This document shows, piece by piece, positions 1 through 11,720 of a stretch of DNA of 64,000 nucleotides (position 1 is the first letter of the stretch; the number at the start of each line of letters is the position of its first letter). A model generated the notes under the pieces. The model was given only the letters and a program-made list of their open reading frames with translations, was not told where the DNA came from and made no database searches. The translations under genes were made by a program, and so were the position numbers. The DNA lies in assembly GCF_006345805.1 (NCBI RefSeq), contig NC_043020.1:19778001-19842000 (forward strand). The letters run 5' to 3'. This DNA is from Octopus sinensis (lineage: Eukaryota).

Positions 1-238
1 AAGTATTCTTAAAAAGATGTTGACTATCTTCAGTCGGTTTGGGAATGTTGATTCCCTCAGAATTCTTGAATCCAAGGCATCCAGAAGATGGTTGAAGTGA
101 ATTCATAAGAATATGCAAAAAAATAATGAACAAAATATAGAAAATAATTTTTTTATATTGAGGGAAACTATTTTTTTCAAAATACTGTACTAATTTACAT
201 AATTATGGGAAATTAATTATTTTTCTAATCATTATAGG

Positions 239-630
239 AGCAGGTGTAGTTGTGTAATAAGAAGCTTGCTTTCCAATCTCATGGTTTCAGGTTCAGTCCC
301 ACTTCATGATACCTTGGGCAAATATCTTCTACTATAGCCTGGGGGTGAACAAAGGCTTGTGAGTGGATTTGGTAAATGGAAACTGAAAGAAGACTGTCGC
401 ATATATATGTAGTGTGTGAGTCTTTGTCCCCCACTACCGCTTGACCACCAGTGTTGGTGTGTTTACATACCCAAAACTTAGCAGTTCAACAAAAGAGACT
501 GATAGAATAAGTGCCAGAGTTTTAAAAAATAAGTCCTGAGGTCAATTTGTTTGACTAAAACCCTTCAAGGTGGTGCCCCAGCATGGTCACAGTCAAATGA
601 CTGAAACAAGTAAAAGATAAAAAATAAAAG
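239..630 (+). mobile_element. Composite tRNA-derived SINE (CORE-like 'ccttgggcaa' block, 3' tail ending 'gactgaaacaagtaaaagataaaa')
   Basis: The same modules recur many times in the window (e.g. 34500-34890, 55400-55760, 63305-63750). The CORE-like motif resembles octopus OR-type SINEs. Boundaries are approximate. Confidence 0.8.
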
Positions 631-867
631 ACAAATTTTTCTCACTCCCTAGTTTAGTTCTTGGGACAAGTATATACAATGGTTTTAATTTTTCTATCAG
701 ATGTTCAAAAGAACAAAACTCAGTAGATGCAACAGGGAAAGATATGCTTCTGTGCCAAATTCCTGTCACTTAAGAGCCAAACAATGGCCTACAACGTGAA
801 ACATATACATTCACTTTTATATAAGGTAATAATTTTAAAAGCTGAGATACGATCTATTAGGATCATA

Positions 868-1220
868 AAAAGGGTAAGGAGTAAAGACCCCTTTCAGTCA
901 TGAATGACCATGGCATTGCATCCAGAATGTTACCCACCAAGGCACAAGTTTGGGCAAGGTTGTTTAAGGAAGACCAGCAGTCACCCATGTATACCAGCCT
1001 CTCCTCTCCACGCCACTGATGTTATCCAAAGGAAAGGCAGAAGCTGACACAGCTTGGCACCAGTGACATCACAACTCATTTCTACAGCTGAGTAAACCAG
1101 AGCAATGTGAAATAAAGTTTTTTGCTCAAGAACACACCACATAGTCCAGTCCAGGAATCAAACTCACTACCTCATGATTGTGAGCCTGATGCTCTAACCC
1201 CTAAGCCATGCTCCTTCACA
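868..1220 (-). mobile_element. tRNA-derived SINE, second family
   Basis: The reverse complement gives a tRNA-like head (ggcttaggggttagagcatcaggctcacaatcatgaggtagtgagtttgattcc) followed by gttcttgagcaa. A related piece lies at about 5870-6010. Confidence 0.7.
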
Positions 1221-1249
1221 TGTTATGAAGACCATAGCCTGGCCTTTAA

Positions 1250-1696
1250 CCCTTTATCATTCAGATCACTCTATCAAATGTAGAGATTATTTATTCACAT
1301 TGTTTTGAATTAATCATGTATTATCTAGTAGCTTTGACATTTTGATGAAGTGATTGTTTATTTTAAGAATGATGTTGTAGGGTAGGTGTACGAAGCATGA
1401 TCTGACCAGTTTAACCCTTTAGAGTTCAGATTACTTTGTCAAATGTAATGCTTATTTACTCATATTGTTTTAAATCTATTATTCATTATCTTGTAGCTTC
1501 AAGTTATATAAATGATTTCATTGTTTATTTTTAGCCAGTCATTGTATGGTACTTGTAAGAAACCCAATCTCTCTAGTCTGAGCATAATACAGGTAGAATA
1601 TTTAGGCCGAATACAACTGGTTTGAATGCTAAAGGGTTAAATATAAACCAGATAGAATTTTTGGGCCTGGTATGGCCAGTTTGAATGCTAAAGGGG
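1250..1696. mobile_element. TTAA-specific (piggyBac-type) MITE containing a nested copy of the same family at 1415-1636
   Basis: Termini TTAA|CCCTTT...AAAGGG|TTAA. The inner copy is flanked by TTAA at 1411-1414 and 1637-1640. Homologous to 6211-6418 and 36048-36266. Confidence 0.8.
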
Positions 1697-1829
1697 TAAT
1701 GTAAGTTCATTGTGCTGTAAAAAGCAAAAAGGTATATTTGGACATAAAGCAATACCTCAAAACTTCCTTTCCCAACCATTGCACTATGGAAAAATATATA
1801 TAAAAATGATGATAAATTACACATGACTC

Positions 1830-2175
1830 ATGTGGGACTGTGTGGTAAAAATTTTGCTTCCCAATCTCATGGTTATGGGTTCACTTCCAATGTGTAGCAC
1901 TTTAGGCAAATGTCTTCAAAAATAACCCTGGGCCGACCAAAGACTTGTGAGTAGATTTGGTAGAGAGAAACTGAAAGAGACCTATTGTGTTTGCGTGAGT
2001 AAATTTTTGACATTAAATGTTCTCTGGCCATGGGGAAATATTACCTTGCTTGGAGACAGACGAGGGTATATGACAGGAAGGACTTCTGGCCGAAGAAAGT
2101 GCATGTGTAAGGAACGCCGTTTGACCTATGCAAGCACAGGAAATTGGATATTAAAAGATGATGATGATGTTATGA
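1830..2175 (+). mobile_element. Decayed SINE with (GAT)n tail
   Basis: CORE-like block (ctttaggcaaatgtcttc) plus a 3' end shared with the RTE LINE tail. Confidence 0.6.
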
Positions 2176-2239
2176 TATGAGAAACTTAATATAAAATATC
2201 TTGATCAAAACTGTATAAAAAGATATTAAAGCATAAGAA

Positions 2240-2420
2240 ACTGTTAATCCAGACATGTTCTTTTTTATTCTTTCCATTTTCTTTTTTACTCTTTCCTTTT
2301 TGCTGAAGAGCAGGAGATCAAAACATCAAAAACTTTTCCATTTTTCCTGAGCATCAAACCAAACTAACACACCTTGTTTGTTGTCCCCTTACCTGTCTTG
2401 TCTTTCATTTTTTTGTACAT
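2240..2420 (+). mobile_element. Penelope-like pLTR remnant with decayed hammerhead core
   Basis: CTGAAGAGCAGGAGATCAAAAC at 2303-2324, followed by 'ttttcctgagc', parallels the pLTR layout at 19079-19140. Confidence 0.4.
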
Positions 2421-3317
2421 TTGAACCATATAAAAAAAAATACTTGGATAAAATATATTACTGAAATTTAGGGACAAAAAGTCTATTCATCATTAACATC
2501 ATCATTTAATGCCCCTTTTCTCATGCTGGCATGGGTTGGAGGTTTGAAAGGAACCAATGAGCCAGAGGGCTGCACCAAGCACCAATGTCTGCTTTACTAT
2601 GGTTCCTAATGCTGAATACTCTCCTCCTCTTCATCTGACTCAAACACAGAACCCCCAATACCTTTCTTTCTTTTGATGACCCTTTCACAATTCCTTATCA
2701 CTCTAGATTATTTCTCCCTTTCCTTGACCCTTTTCCCTCACATCTTCTATTCATTATGTTGAATAATCCTAGACACCTCCCTACATAATCCACCTAACCA
2801 CTTTCCTATTCTGTACCCACCTTTCTCAATAATCCATTACCCCATAATCTATGCCCTTCCTCTGTTCCCTGCCATTCCCTTTCAATTACTGCCTACTCTG
2901 CTACTCTTTCCATTACCATCCTGTTCTAACTAGAAATCCGCCCCTCTCATATCAGTTACCCTCTTTTATCACCCTATCTAGAATCATTGCACCCTCTCTC
3001 ATCTATTCAGTTTCAAATCTTAGTTTTGCAAGATGATCTCTATTGAGCTGGTACCATGTAAAAAGACACAGTACATTCTATAAAGTGGTTGGCATTACAA
3101 AGGATGTCCAGCTATAAAAACTATGCCAAAGTAGATGGTGCATACTAATTCCTCGACTCATTGAATTCTGTCAAACTGTCCAATCCATGCCAGGATGGAA
3201 GATACATGCTACATGATGATGATGATATGTTATATAGTATATAATATGGTACATATTTTATAGTATATATTACATAGTATATTACAGCATATATCATATA
3301 ATATATTATATATATAT

Positions 3318-5445
3318 CTGCTGAATTACTGCTGAGATGCTCAAAATATCTGGCAGTGTCGGCTATAGCCTAGTCACCCGTATAGTTAACCAGGTGATAC
3401 ACGAAGGAGTCATACCCAATGACTGGTGTAGTAGCATAATAGTCAACTGCTACAAAGGTAAAGGTGATGCCCTAGATACAAGTAATTACAGAGGTATCAA
3501 GCTGTTGGATCAGGTAATGAAGGTTACGGAAAGGGTCATAGCCCAACTGATTAGAGAGAGAGTCAACCTAGACGAGATGCAGTTTGGTTTCATGCCAGGG
3601 AAAAGCACCACTGATGCCATATTTCTGGTGAGACAGCTGCAGGAGAAATACCTAGCCAAAGATAAAACTCTGTACCTGGCTTTCGTTGACTTGGAGAAAG
3701 CCTTTGACAGGGTCCCCCCGTTCCCTTATCTAGTGGTCAATGAGGAAACTAGGGATAGATGAATGGCTAGTGAGAGCTGTGCGTGCCCTGTACAGGGACG
3801 CTGTCAGTAAGGTGAGGGTTGGCAACAAGTACAGTGAAGAATTCCGGGTGGAGGTTGGGGTCCACCAAGGCTCAGTCCTCAGCCCCCTCCTATTTATCAT
3901 AGTCCTCCAGGCAATAACGGAGGAATTCAAGACAGGATGCCCCTGGGAGCTCCTCTATGCTGATGACCTTGCTCTAATTGCTGAGTCTCTATCAGAACTG
4001 GAGGAGAAGTTTCAGATGTGGAAGCAAGGATTAGAATCAAAGGGCCTTAGAGTCAATCTAGCTAAAACCAAAGTCCTAATAAGTAGGAAGGTAGACAAAT
4101 CTCAAACGCCTTCAGGTAAATGGCCCTGCTTGATCTGTAGAAAAGGCGTAGGTAGGAACTCTATAAGATGCACCAAGTGTAAGCTATGGACACATAAGAG
4201 GTGCAGCAATGTCAAAGGAAGGCTAACTAGGAATATAGTTTTTGTATGTGGCAGATGCTCTGGTGCAATAAACACTGAAAATGCGCAGAGACCATCTTCC
4301 GCCACATTCTAGGGAGAAAAACTTGAAATAGTTGATAGTTTCCATTACCTAGGTGACCAAGTCAGTAGAAGGGGTGGGTGTGCCGAAAGTGTAACTGCTA
4401 GAGTAAGAATAGCCTGGGCAAAGTTCAGAGAGCTCTTACCTCTCGCTCAGAGTAAAAGGCAGACTGTATGATGCATGTGTGCGAACAGCCATGCTACATG
4501 GCAGTGAAACATGGGCCGTGACTGCTGATGATATGCGTAAGCTCGCAAGAAATGAAGCCAGTATGCTCCGTTGGATGTGTAATGTCAGTGTTCATACCCA
4601 ACAGAGTGTAAGTGCCTTGAGAGAAAAGTTGGACCTAAGAAGCATCAGATGTGGTGTGCAAGAGAGGCGTCTATGCTGGTATGGACACATAGTAAGAATG
4701 GCTGAAGATAGTTGTGTGAAAAAGTGCCACACCCTAGCGGTTGAGGGAACCTGTGGAAGAGGTAGACCCAGGAAAACCTGGGACGAGGTGGTGAAGAACA
4801 ACCTTCACTCTTTAGGTCTCACCAAGGAAATGACCAGAGACCGAGACCTTTGGAAGTATGCTGTGCGCGAGAAGACCCGGCAGGATAAGTGAGGCCATAA
4901 CCCATGGCCCCTACCTGGGATGTAGTCAGTCCACCTGTGCATACCTTCCTTCTTGGGACACATAACTCTACTTGTGAAGACCTGTTGAGGCAAGTGAAAA
5001 TCAAAAATCAAAGAATCAAATCAAAATCGATGAACATCAATGGAATTTGTAGTTTTGTGGTACCATTGCCGGTGGCACATAAGAAAACCATCCGAACGTG
5101 GCCGTAGCCAGTACCGGATCGACTGGCCTCCTTGCTGGTGGCACGTAACAAACACCATCCGATCATGGCTGTGCCAGCCTCGCCTGGCCTCCGTGCCGGT
5201 GGCACATAAATAACACCATCCGAGTGTGGCCGTTCGCCAGCCTCGTCTGGCACCTGTGTTGGTGGCACATAAAAAGCACCCACTACACTCACAGAGTGGT
5301 TGGCGTTAGGAAGGGCATCCAGCTGTAGAAACACTGCCAGATCTGATTGGCCTGGTGCAGCCTTTAGGCTTCCCAGACCCCAGTTGAACCGTCCAACTCA
5401 TGCTAGCATGGAAAGCGGACGTTAAACGATGATGATGATGATGAT
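3318..5445 (+). mobile_element. 5'-truncated RTE-clade (RTE-X-like) LINE: RT pseudogene plus 3' UTR and (GAT)n tail
   Basis: ORF pieces 3337-3762 (NYRGIKLL, QFGFMPGKSTTDA, AFVDLEKAFD), 3740-4312 (GVHQGSVLSP, LLYADD, PHD-like Cys cluster) and 4479-4892 (MLHGSETW, GRGRPRKTW). Frameshift near 3720, premature TAG near 4310, deletion near 4440. Confidence 0.95.
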
Positions 5446-6210
5446 ATCATAAAGTATATAGTATGTTATATATATAGCAGAATAATAAAAAGAAAGTTCT
5501 TGGAAAGTTCTGGAAAAAATGAGTAGAGATGGCTTTTGGTGGGGCAGATCATTTTTATTTTAATCTTAATAATGTTTACACAAGCTTCGAGTAGCCGTTT
5601 TCAAATTGAAAAATGTCTGTTTTACAAAAGATTTTTTTTCTTACAAGTATCAAACTGAAAATGGCTACTTGAAGCTCAAAACTCATATCAGAGTAACTCA
5701 CTGTAAACATTATTAAGATTAAAATAAAACTTATCCCCATAAAAAAGCCATCTCTGTTCATTTTTACAAATATATATATATATAGAGAGAGAGAGAGAGT
5801 GGGGGGAGCTTGTTTTAGTCATGGCTGAATAAAGGGTTTCTGCACCTGAAAAGTCCCTTTCTAAGATGTAGGTTTGAGGAAGCTTTTATTTTGTGACAGT
5901 CCAACAGTTGGCCATGCATGGAAGTCTATCTCTTCTTGCCACTAACAGTATCCAAGGAAAAGGCAAGGCTCATACAGCTTGGCACTAATATTATTGCAAG
6001 CATTGCTGCTAGAACATGAAAGCCAGAATCAGAACCACAAGGCATTCAGTCTGACATTTCTACAATTTCACCAATTCACTGCTCTGGATTAGTATTGTTG
6101 TTATTGATCCTGAAAGGATGAAAGACCAAACTGACTTTAGCAGGGTTTGAAACTGAAATTCAAGAACTTGGAACAAATACCCTGAGATATCCTATCTAAC
6201 TCTACCTTAA

Positions 6211-6418
6211 CCCTTTTAGCATTCACATTACTCTGTCAAATATAATGCTTATTTATTCACATTGTTTTAAATTAATCCTGCATTACCGCTTGGCTGATGT
6301 GACTGGTTATCTTTAGAATGATATAGTAGTGTAGGTATACAAGGTTGGATCTGGTAAGCTTTAACATAGAATGGGTAGAATATTTGATTTGGATATGGCT
6401 AGTTTAAATGCTAAAAGG
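6211..6418. mobile_element. TTAA MITE (piggyBac-type)
   Basis: TTAA at 6207-6210 and 6419-6422 around CCCTTTT...AAAAGG termini. Confidence 0.75.
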
Positions 6419-6834
6419 TTAAGGTGAATATTAAGGAGATGAAGTGGAATTTGAACTCAGAATGTATGGACAGATGAAATAGCACTAAGCATTTCACCTG
6501 GTGTGCTAACAATTCTGCTAGCTCACAATCTTTGGATAATATACCATGGGATATTTGTTCCTACGATGACACTGGTGTGGTCATCCTTCATTTTGGTGAG
6601 GACATCTTTCCATGTCAGTAACATGGGGAGGAGAGAGTTCCATGCATGAGCAACTGCCAATCTTCCACAAATAAGACCTTGCTCAGACCTACACATACAT
6701 TTGCAATTCAATGATAAGCCTTGATCAACAGAGGCTTCTATACAGGATATACTTTTGGGAGAACATGGTACTCAAATAAATGCCAAGTCTGGAAATAAAT
6801 GTAGGCCATTTGTTAGAATCTGTCAAGTTTTGCT

Positions 6835-6855
6835 TTATGTTTTCTCACCTACAAT
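6835..6855 (-). CDS. Possible terminal coding exon (IVGEKT*) of the unidentified minus-strand gene
   Basis: Acceptor ttttcttctttaacag; phase 0 matches the end of the 7234-7294 exon. Could instead be a 7-nt microexon (GTGAGA donor) or chance. Confidence 0.2.
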   Translation of the reverse strand: MVGEKT

Positions 6856-7233
6856 CTGTTAAAGAAGAAAATTATGGGCTGATTTTGATAGCATTTATAG
6901 TATTGTCAAATTATAAATGCACAAAACATTTTTGCAATTACAATTATATTCACAATCTCAATCATACACATTCATAACCACACATGCACAACAACACCTG
7001 CACCTTCATATTCGCAATCACATACAGACCATCATGACAGACACATATTTCCAGTTACACACACACACACACACAAATGAACATTCAGTTACATACTCAT
7101 ATTCACAATAACATACAAATATTTGCAGTGAGATATACACACGTTTACAGTTACACATATAACACATAAATTCAATTTCTCCCTATTTCTTCCACATACA
7201 CAATACACCAAGAAGGTACCAGAAATTACTTAC

Positions 7234-7294
7234 CTCAAATGAATTCAAGGGATTCATTTCTAAACCAAAATCAACTTTATGGTGTTTTAAAATT
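7234..7294 (-). CDS. Candidate coding exon (xILKHHKVDFGLEMNPLNSFE), unidentified protein
   Basis: ttaatttatag acceptor and GAG|GTAAGT donor; 61 nt; open only in the phase 2 to 0 frame. Confidence 0.45.
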
Positions 7295-7309
7295 CTATAA
7301 ATTAATTAA

Positions 7310-7380
7310 TTAGTAATAATAATAATAATAATGATAATAACAATGATGATGATGATGACGATGATGATGATGATGATTTC
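7310..7380. repeat. (AAT)n/(GAT)n microsatellite
   Basis: Directly visible. Confidence 0.95.
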
Positions 7381-8625
7381 TTTATTCATCACTAAGGGTT
7401 CATACAAAGACCAAAGACAGTACAGGACAATACAATATATGATATGATATGATTACATGAAGGTATATAAACAGTAAGATAACAAAAGCAAAAAACTAAA
7501 ATTTCAAACAAAATATTTCTCAAAATGAGGGAAACTGCTAAAGGCTGTCCATGGAAACCCCACAAAACCAGTTGCCCTGACCACTCGAGCAAGTGCCCTC
7601 TCCCCATCCTCTTCTCTCACTCAACAGTTGTATGCTCAGTATAGGCCCATTCACTCAGATGATTCTAGCCACATTCACCCATCTTTCAACAAATAGGTTG
7701 GAAGGCAGGATTACTCTCCCCACTTTCAATTTCCTTTTCAAGTGGAATTTGAGAAAATTGATGAGGATTTGACTAAAAAGGAATATATTTGCCTTCAGCC
7801 TTTTCAATCTACTAAAGGCCACCAGACAGATAAGGTGGTGGGATGATCTTCAAGATAAACTCAGCAGATAACCAAATTTGCCCCACATCTGACAGCATCC
7901 TACATCAATGTTGAACAGCATGGACATGCCTCTCCAGGTGCCAAACTGCAGGCCCACTGACTTTTATTGGTTGATTTTTTGCTCCTGTCACTGCCTGGCA
8001 TTCATTTAGGGCAGTGCCAATCAGGTCTACGTGTCTGGTGTTTGACACTATGACATGGTGATGTCATCTGCATATGCTGACACAGTTATTCCATGCTCTA
8101 GTTTGCACGGGCTACCCCTCAATGTCTTCAGTTTCTGTATGCACTGACTCTAGTTCTAGAGTCAATACATACAGAAGAGACAAGAGGGAATAATCTTGAC
8201 AAACTGAGTGCATCATACCAATTGGTTCTGATAGTCTACCACTCACCCAAACAACCAAGCAGATACCACTATACCCTGTGACAATCCCGCCACAGAAGAC
8301 AAGACCAAATATGACTGATTTGAGAACAGTTGCAAAGTATTGGTATTTAACCCTATTAAAGGTATTTCATTGATCAGGACCAAACCCATTCCAGGTTCTT
8401 TACCTGGCCTCTTTATTATGTATTGCATGAAGTGGAGGTTATTTTGGATGGATCTTCTTGGGATGGCAAATATTTGCAAATCACTAATCAGACCATCAAC
8501 AACAAGCACCAACCTCTTTACTAACGCCTTGGCCAAAATTTTGCCATCTACTATAAGCAGAGTTGTGGGCCTAAAATTTTCTATTTGATTCTCTTTGTAT
8601 GGGTTATTTCTCTACCAGCTTACTG
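7381..8625 (-). mobile_element. Decayed Tx1/L1-clade LINE (RT and 3' end, internally deleted)
   Basis: Minus strand reads ENFRPTTLLIVDGKILAKALVKRL...IPRRSIQNNL and HGITVSAYADDIT (about 8055-8095). AATAAA at the 3' end next to the microsatellite. Confidence 0.85.
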
Positions 8626-8626
8626 C

Positions 8627-8696
<70 letters not shown>

Positions 8697-8705
8697 TGAT
8701 AATAA
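8625..8705. repeat. (CTA)n(ATA)n compound microsatellite
   Basis: Directly visible. Confidence 0.95.
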
Positions 8706-9033
8706 TGGTTTTAGATTTTGGCACAAAGCCAGCAATTTTGAGGGTGGCAGTAAGCCAATTACATCAACCCCAGTGCTTAACTGGTACTTATTTTATCAAC
8801 CTCAAAATCAATCTCAGCAGAATTTGAACTTAGAATATAAAGAAAAATGAAACGCTGCGAAGCATTTTGCCTGGCTTGTTAACAATTCTGCCAGCTCTCT
8901 GCCTTAATAATAATAATAATAATAACAACAACAACAACTAGCTGGACACATGAAAAAATAAAATGTAAACATCTGTAAGTTGTGTGCAGGTGCCATGAAA
9001 AATGTTTCAATATTGTGACAGTTACAGAATATA

Positions 9034-10297
9034 TTAGGCTGTCAAGAAAGTTCTTGCGGTTTTTAACCTTTAAATTCAGATGCACATATCTCGGCTCAAA
9101 CAAAACTTTATTAATTGAAATAAACACCATCAGAATAACACACTTTTACCAACGCGAAACAAGTTTATTTACGCCAGTAGTTTAAAAATCTTGCGTTCTG
9201 GTGGCAATGAAGTGGTTGAAGGTGTGTTTGGCATCATCTTGGTTTTTGAAGCATTTCTCATGCAGGAAGTTGTCAAGATGCTTGAAAAAGTGGTAGTCGG
9301 TAGGCGAGAGGTCTGGTATGGAAGATGAGGCAGAGTTTCATAGCCCAATTTGTTCAACTTCTGCAGGGTCAGTTGTGCAACATGCAGCCAAGTATTGTTG
9401 TGGAGAAGAATTGGTCTTTTTCTATTGACCAATGCTGGCTGTTGTTGTCGGAGTTACTTATGCATTTCATCCACTTGCTGACAGTACTTCTCTGCCGTAA
9501 TGGTTTCACCTGGATCCAAAAAGCTGTGATGGATGAGACCAGCCACAGACCACCAAACAGTCACCATGGCCTTCTTTTGGTGCAATTTTGACTTCAGGAA
9601 GTGCTGTGGAGCTTCGTTGGCATCCAACCACTGAGCTGAGCATTGCCAGTTGTCATAAAAAATCCACTTTCCATCACAAGTCACAATCCAGTCAAGAAAC
9701 AGGTCGTTCTTGTTGTGTAAAAGTGGGGTAGATGACACTTCAAAACGGCATTTTTTTTGGTTGTTGTTCAATTCATGCGGCACCCATTTCTCAAGTATTT
9801 TTGTTTTTCCAATCTCTTTCAAGTGATTGGAAATTGTCGTATACATTATGTCTAATTCAGAAGCAAGCTCTCAAACAGTTGTGCATGGATTGGCTTCCAC
9901 TAAGGCTCATAGTTGATCATTGTCAACATCTGATGGCCAACCACTACGCTTATCATCTTCAAGACTCTCGCCACCACTACAAAATTCCGTGAACCACCAT
10001 TGTGCTGTACATTCATTAGTGGTTCTGTTGATATTGCAAGCTGTTTCAGCAGCTTTTCGGCCTAGCTTGAACTGGAATAAGAAAATTGTGCGAATTTGCT
10101 TATTGTTCATGTTGTATTCAACATTCCAGAAAAAATGGCCTAATTATTCAAAAAGAAAAAGAATAACACAATTGGATAGAGCGAAAATGGGCTTTAAATG
10201 ACATATAAAGTCAAAGTAATTTAACGAAAATTAATTTGAAAATACATCATTTAAAACCAAAATTAAAAATTCCACAAGAACTTTCTTGACAACCTAA
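9034..10297 (-). mobile_element. Full-length defective mariner (Hsmar1/cecropia-like) with TIRs and TA target-site duplication
   Basis: TIRs TTAGGCTGTCAAGAAAGTTCTTGCGG / CCACAAGAACTTTCTTGACAACCTAA, with TA at 9032-33 and 10298-99. Transposase pieces IRTIFLFQFKLGRKAAETA, KWVPHEL, IVTCDGKWIFYDN, KKAMVTVWW; frameshifted. Confidence 0.95.
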
Positions 10298-10444
10298 TAG
10301 AAAGAAATGTAAAACTGATAACTATATAATCCAACCAAAATATCTGTTACGCAAATGTAAACAGAATTACTATTTAACCTTAAAATACATCGTACATATT
10401 CAAAGAAGCTTCTTAGTTTCGTGGTACGGAACGTTCTTCTGGTA

Positions 10445-10710
10445 TTCTTTTATTCATTTACTTGTTTCAGTCACTTGACAGTAACCATGCTGGAGCATTG
10501 CCCTTTAGTCGAAGAAATTGACCCCTGGACTTATTTCCTGTAAGCCTGGTGCTTATTCTATCAATCTCTTCTGCTGAACAGCTAAGTTACAGGGACACCA
10601 ACATCAGTTGTCAAGCAATGGTGGTTGGGGGACAAACACAGACACATAAATATATATACATATATAAATTCACTCATGAGGCTTTGGTCGGCTTGAGGCC
10701 ATATAGTAGA
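10445..10710 (-). mobile_element. SINE (family of 239-630)
   Basis: 'tttacttgtttcagtcacttgac...' is the reverse complement of the SINE tail. Confidence 0.75.
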
Positions 10711-11231
10711 AAATACTCTTTAAAGTAGAGTTGAATTTCGTGTATCCACCTGTTAGCAATTTTTCTCCCCCACCCATTTTGTAGGGGTTATTACCCATTT
10801 TTCTGGGTTCTTTTCACAGCTATATCCTGTTCGAAATTTGCATTAGTTTTTGTATGAAATAAAAAGGGGATGAAGGGCTCGTTTGTAGTTTGTAGAGAAA
10901 ACGTTAAACATGCCTGAAAAAAAAACATGGTCTTTCCCCACCTACTAAAAGACATGAAGAACTATGAAAGAGAGTGAATAAGTACCAGGGGTGGGGGAAA
11001 GAAGAGAGAACTAACACTCAATCGTTCTAGAACTTCCAGAATAAAAACGTAAATACCTGAAAGACTTTTCCCTCTATTCATTGCTAAATGTCTCTCCACT
11101 CTTCTTCATTGTTAGAAGCAAAGAAGCTAGAAAAGATCGATCGTATTTCAGTCTAATTGTCATTATAATTACTGAGGCTTTCCTTTCTCTGTCTCTATCG
11201 CTTCACTCCTTTTCTCTACGGTTTAGAGTGA

Positions 11232-11520
11232 AGGTACGTGGCTCAGTGGTTAGGGGTATTCGGCCCACGATCGTAAAGTCATGAGCACGATACACTGCCG
11301 TGCGCTGTGTTCTTGAACAAGGTACTCTTATTCACCTTGTAATTCAAAGGGGCCAACCTTGTCACATTGTGTGAGGCTGAATCACCCTGAGAACTATCTT
11401 ATAGCATGCATGTCTGTTGAGTACTCAGCCACTTGCGTGTTAATTCTACGAGCAGACCGTTCCGTTGATCAGATAACCAGGAACCTTGTCGTAACCGACA
11501 GAGTGCCATTTTTTAAAAAG
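11232..11520 (+). mobile_element. tRNA-derived SINE, third family
   Basis: A-box 'tggctcagtggtta'; the body 'aattcaaaggggccaaccttgtcac' recurs at about 12785-12890. Confidence 0.65.
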
Positions 11521-11720
11521 AGTGAAGGAAGAGGAAATGTTTCATATCGTAAGGCAAAAATGTTGTGTGTTTAGTATAAGAAGTGAAAGCTAAGATGAAA
11601 TAATTGCTATTCCACCATGTATTCGCCCTCGTCTCACACTCAGTTTGATAACAACAGCCTGTGCATCAGTGTTTATCTGGGGATTTGGTCCCTGGATCTG
11701 TGAGACCCACAAAGGCATAG

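Noticed and set aside
1-170. Minus-strand open frame running off the window (FPQYKKIIFYILFIIFLHILMNSLQPSS...)
   Set aside because: Poor acceptor, AT-rich composition, and two frames open; cannot be judged at the window edge.
701-825. Plus-strand AG...GT segment containing DATGKD, similar to NATGKD at about 38670
   Set aside because: Stops in all three frames. The 38.7-kb match belongs to a Helitron and the similarity is only about 16 nt. It could still be a terminal or non-coding exon but is unsupported.
5065-5285. Repeat-spacer appearance reminiscent of CRISPR
   Set aside because: Eukaryotic LINE 3'-UTR minisatellite; the 'spacers' are homologous to each other and there are no cas genes.
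11052-11130. Minus-strand exon-like segment ending MNRGKSLS|GT
   Set aside because: Phase is incompatible with the next candidate exon (7294) and no linking exon was found.
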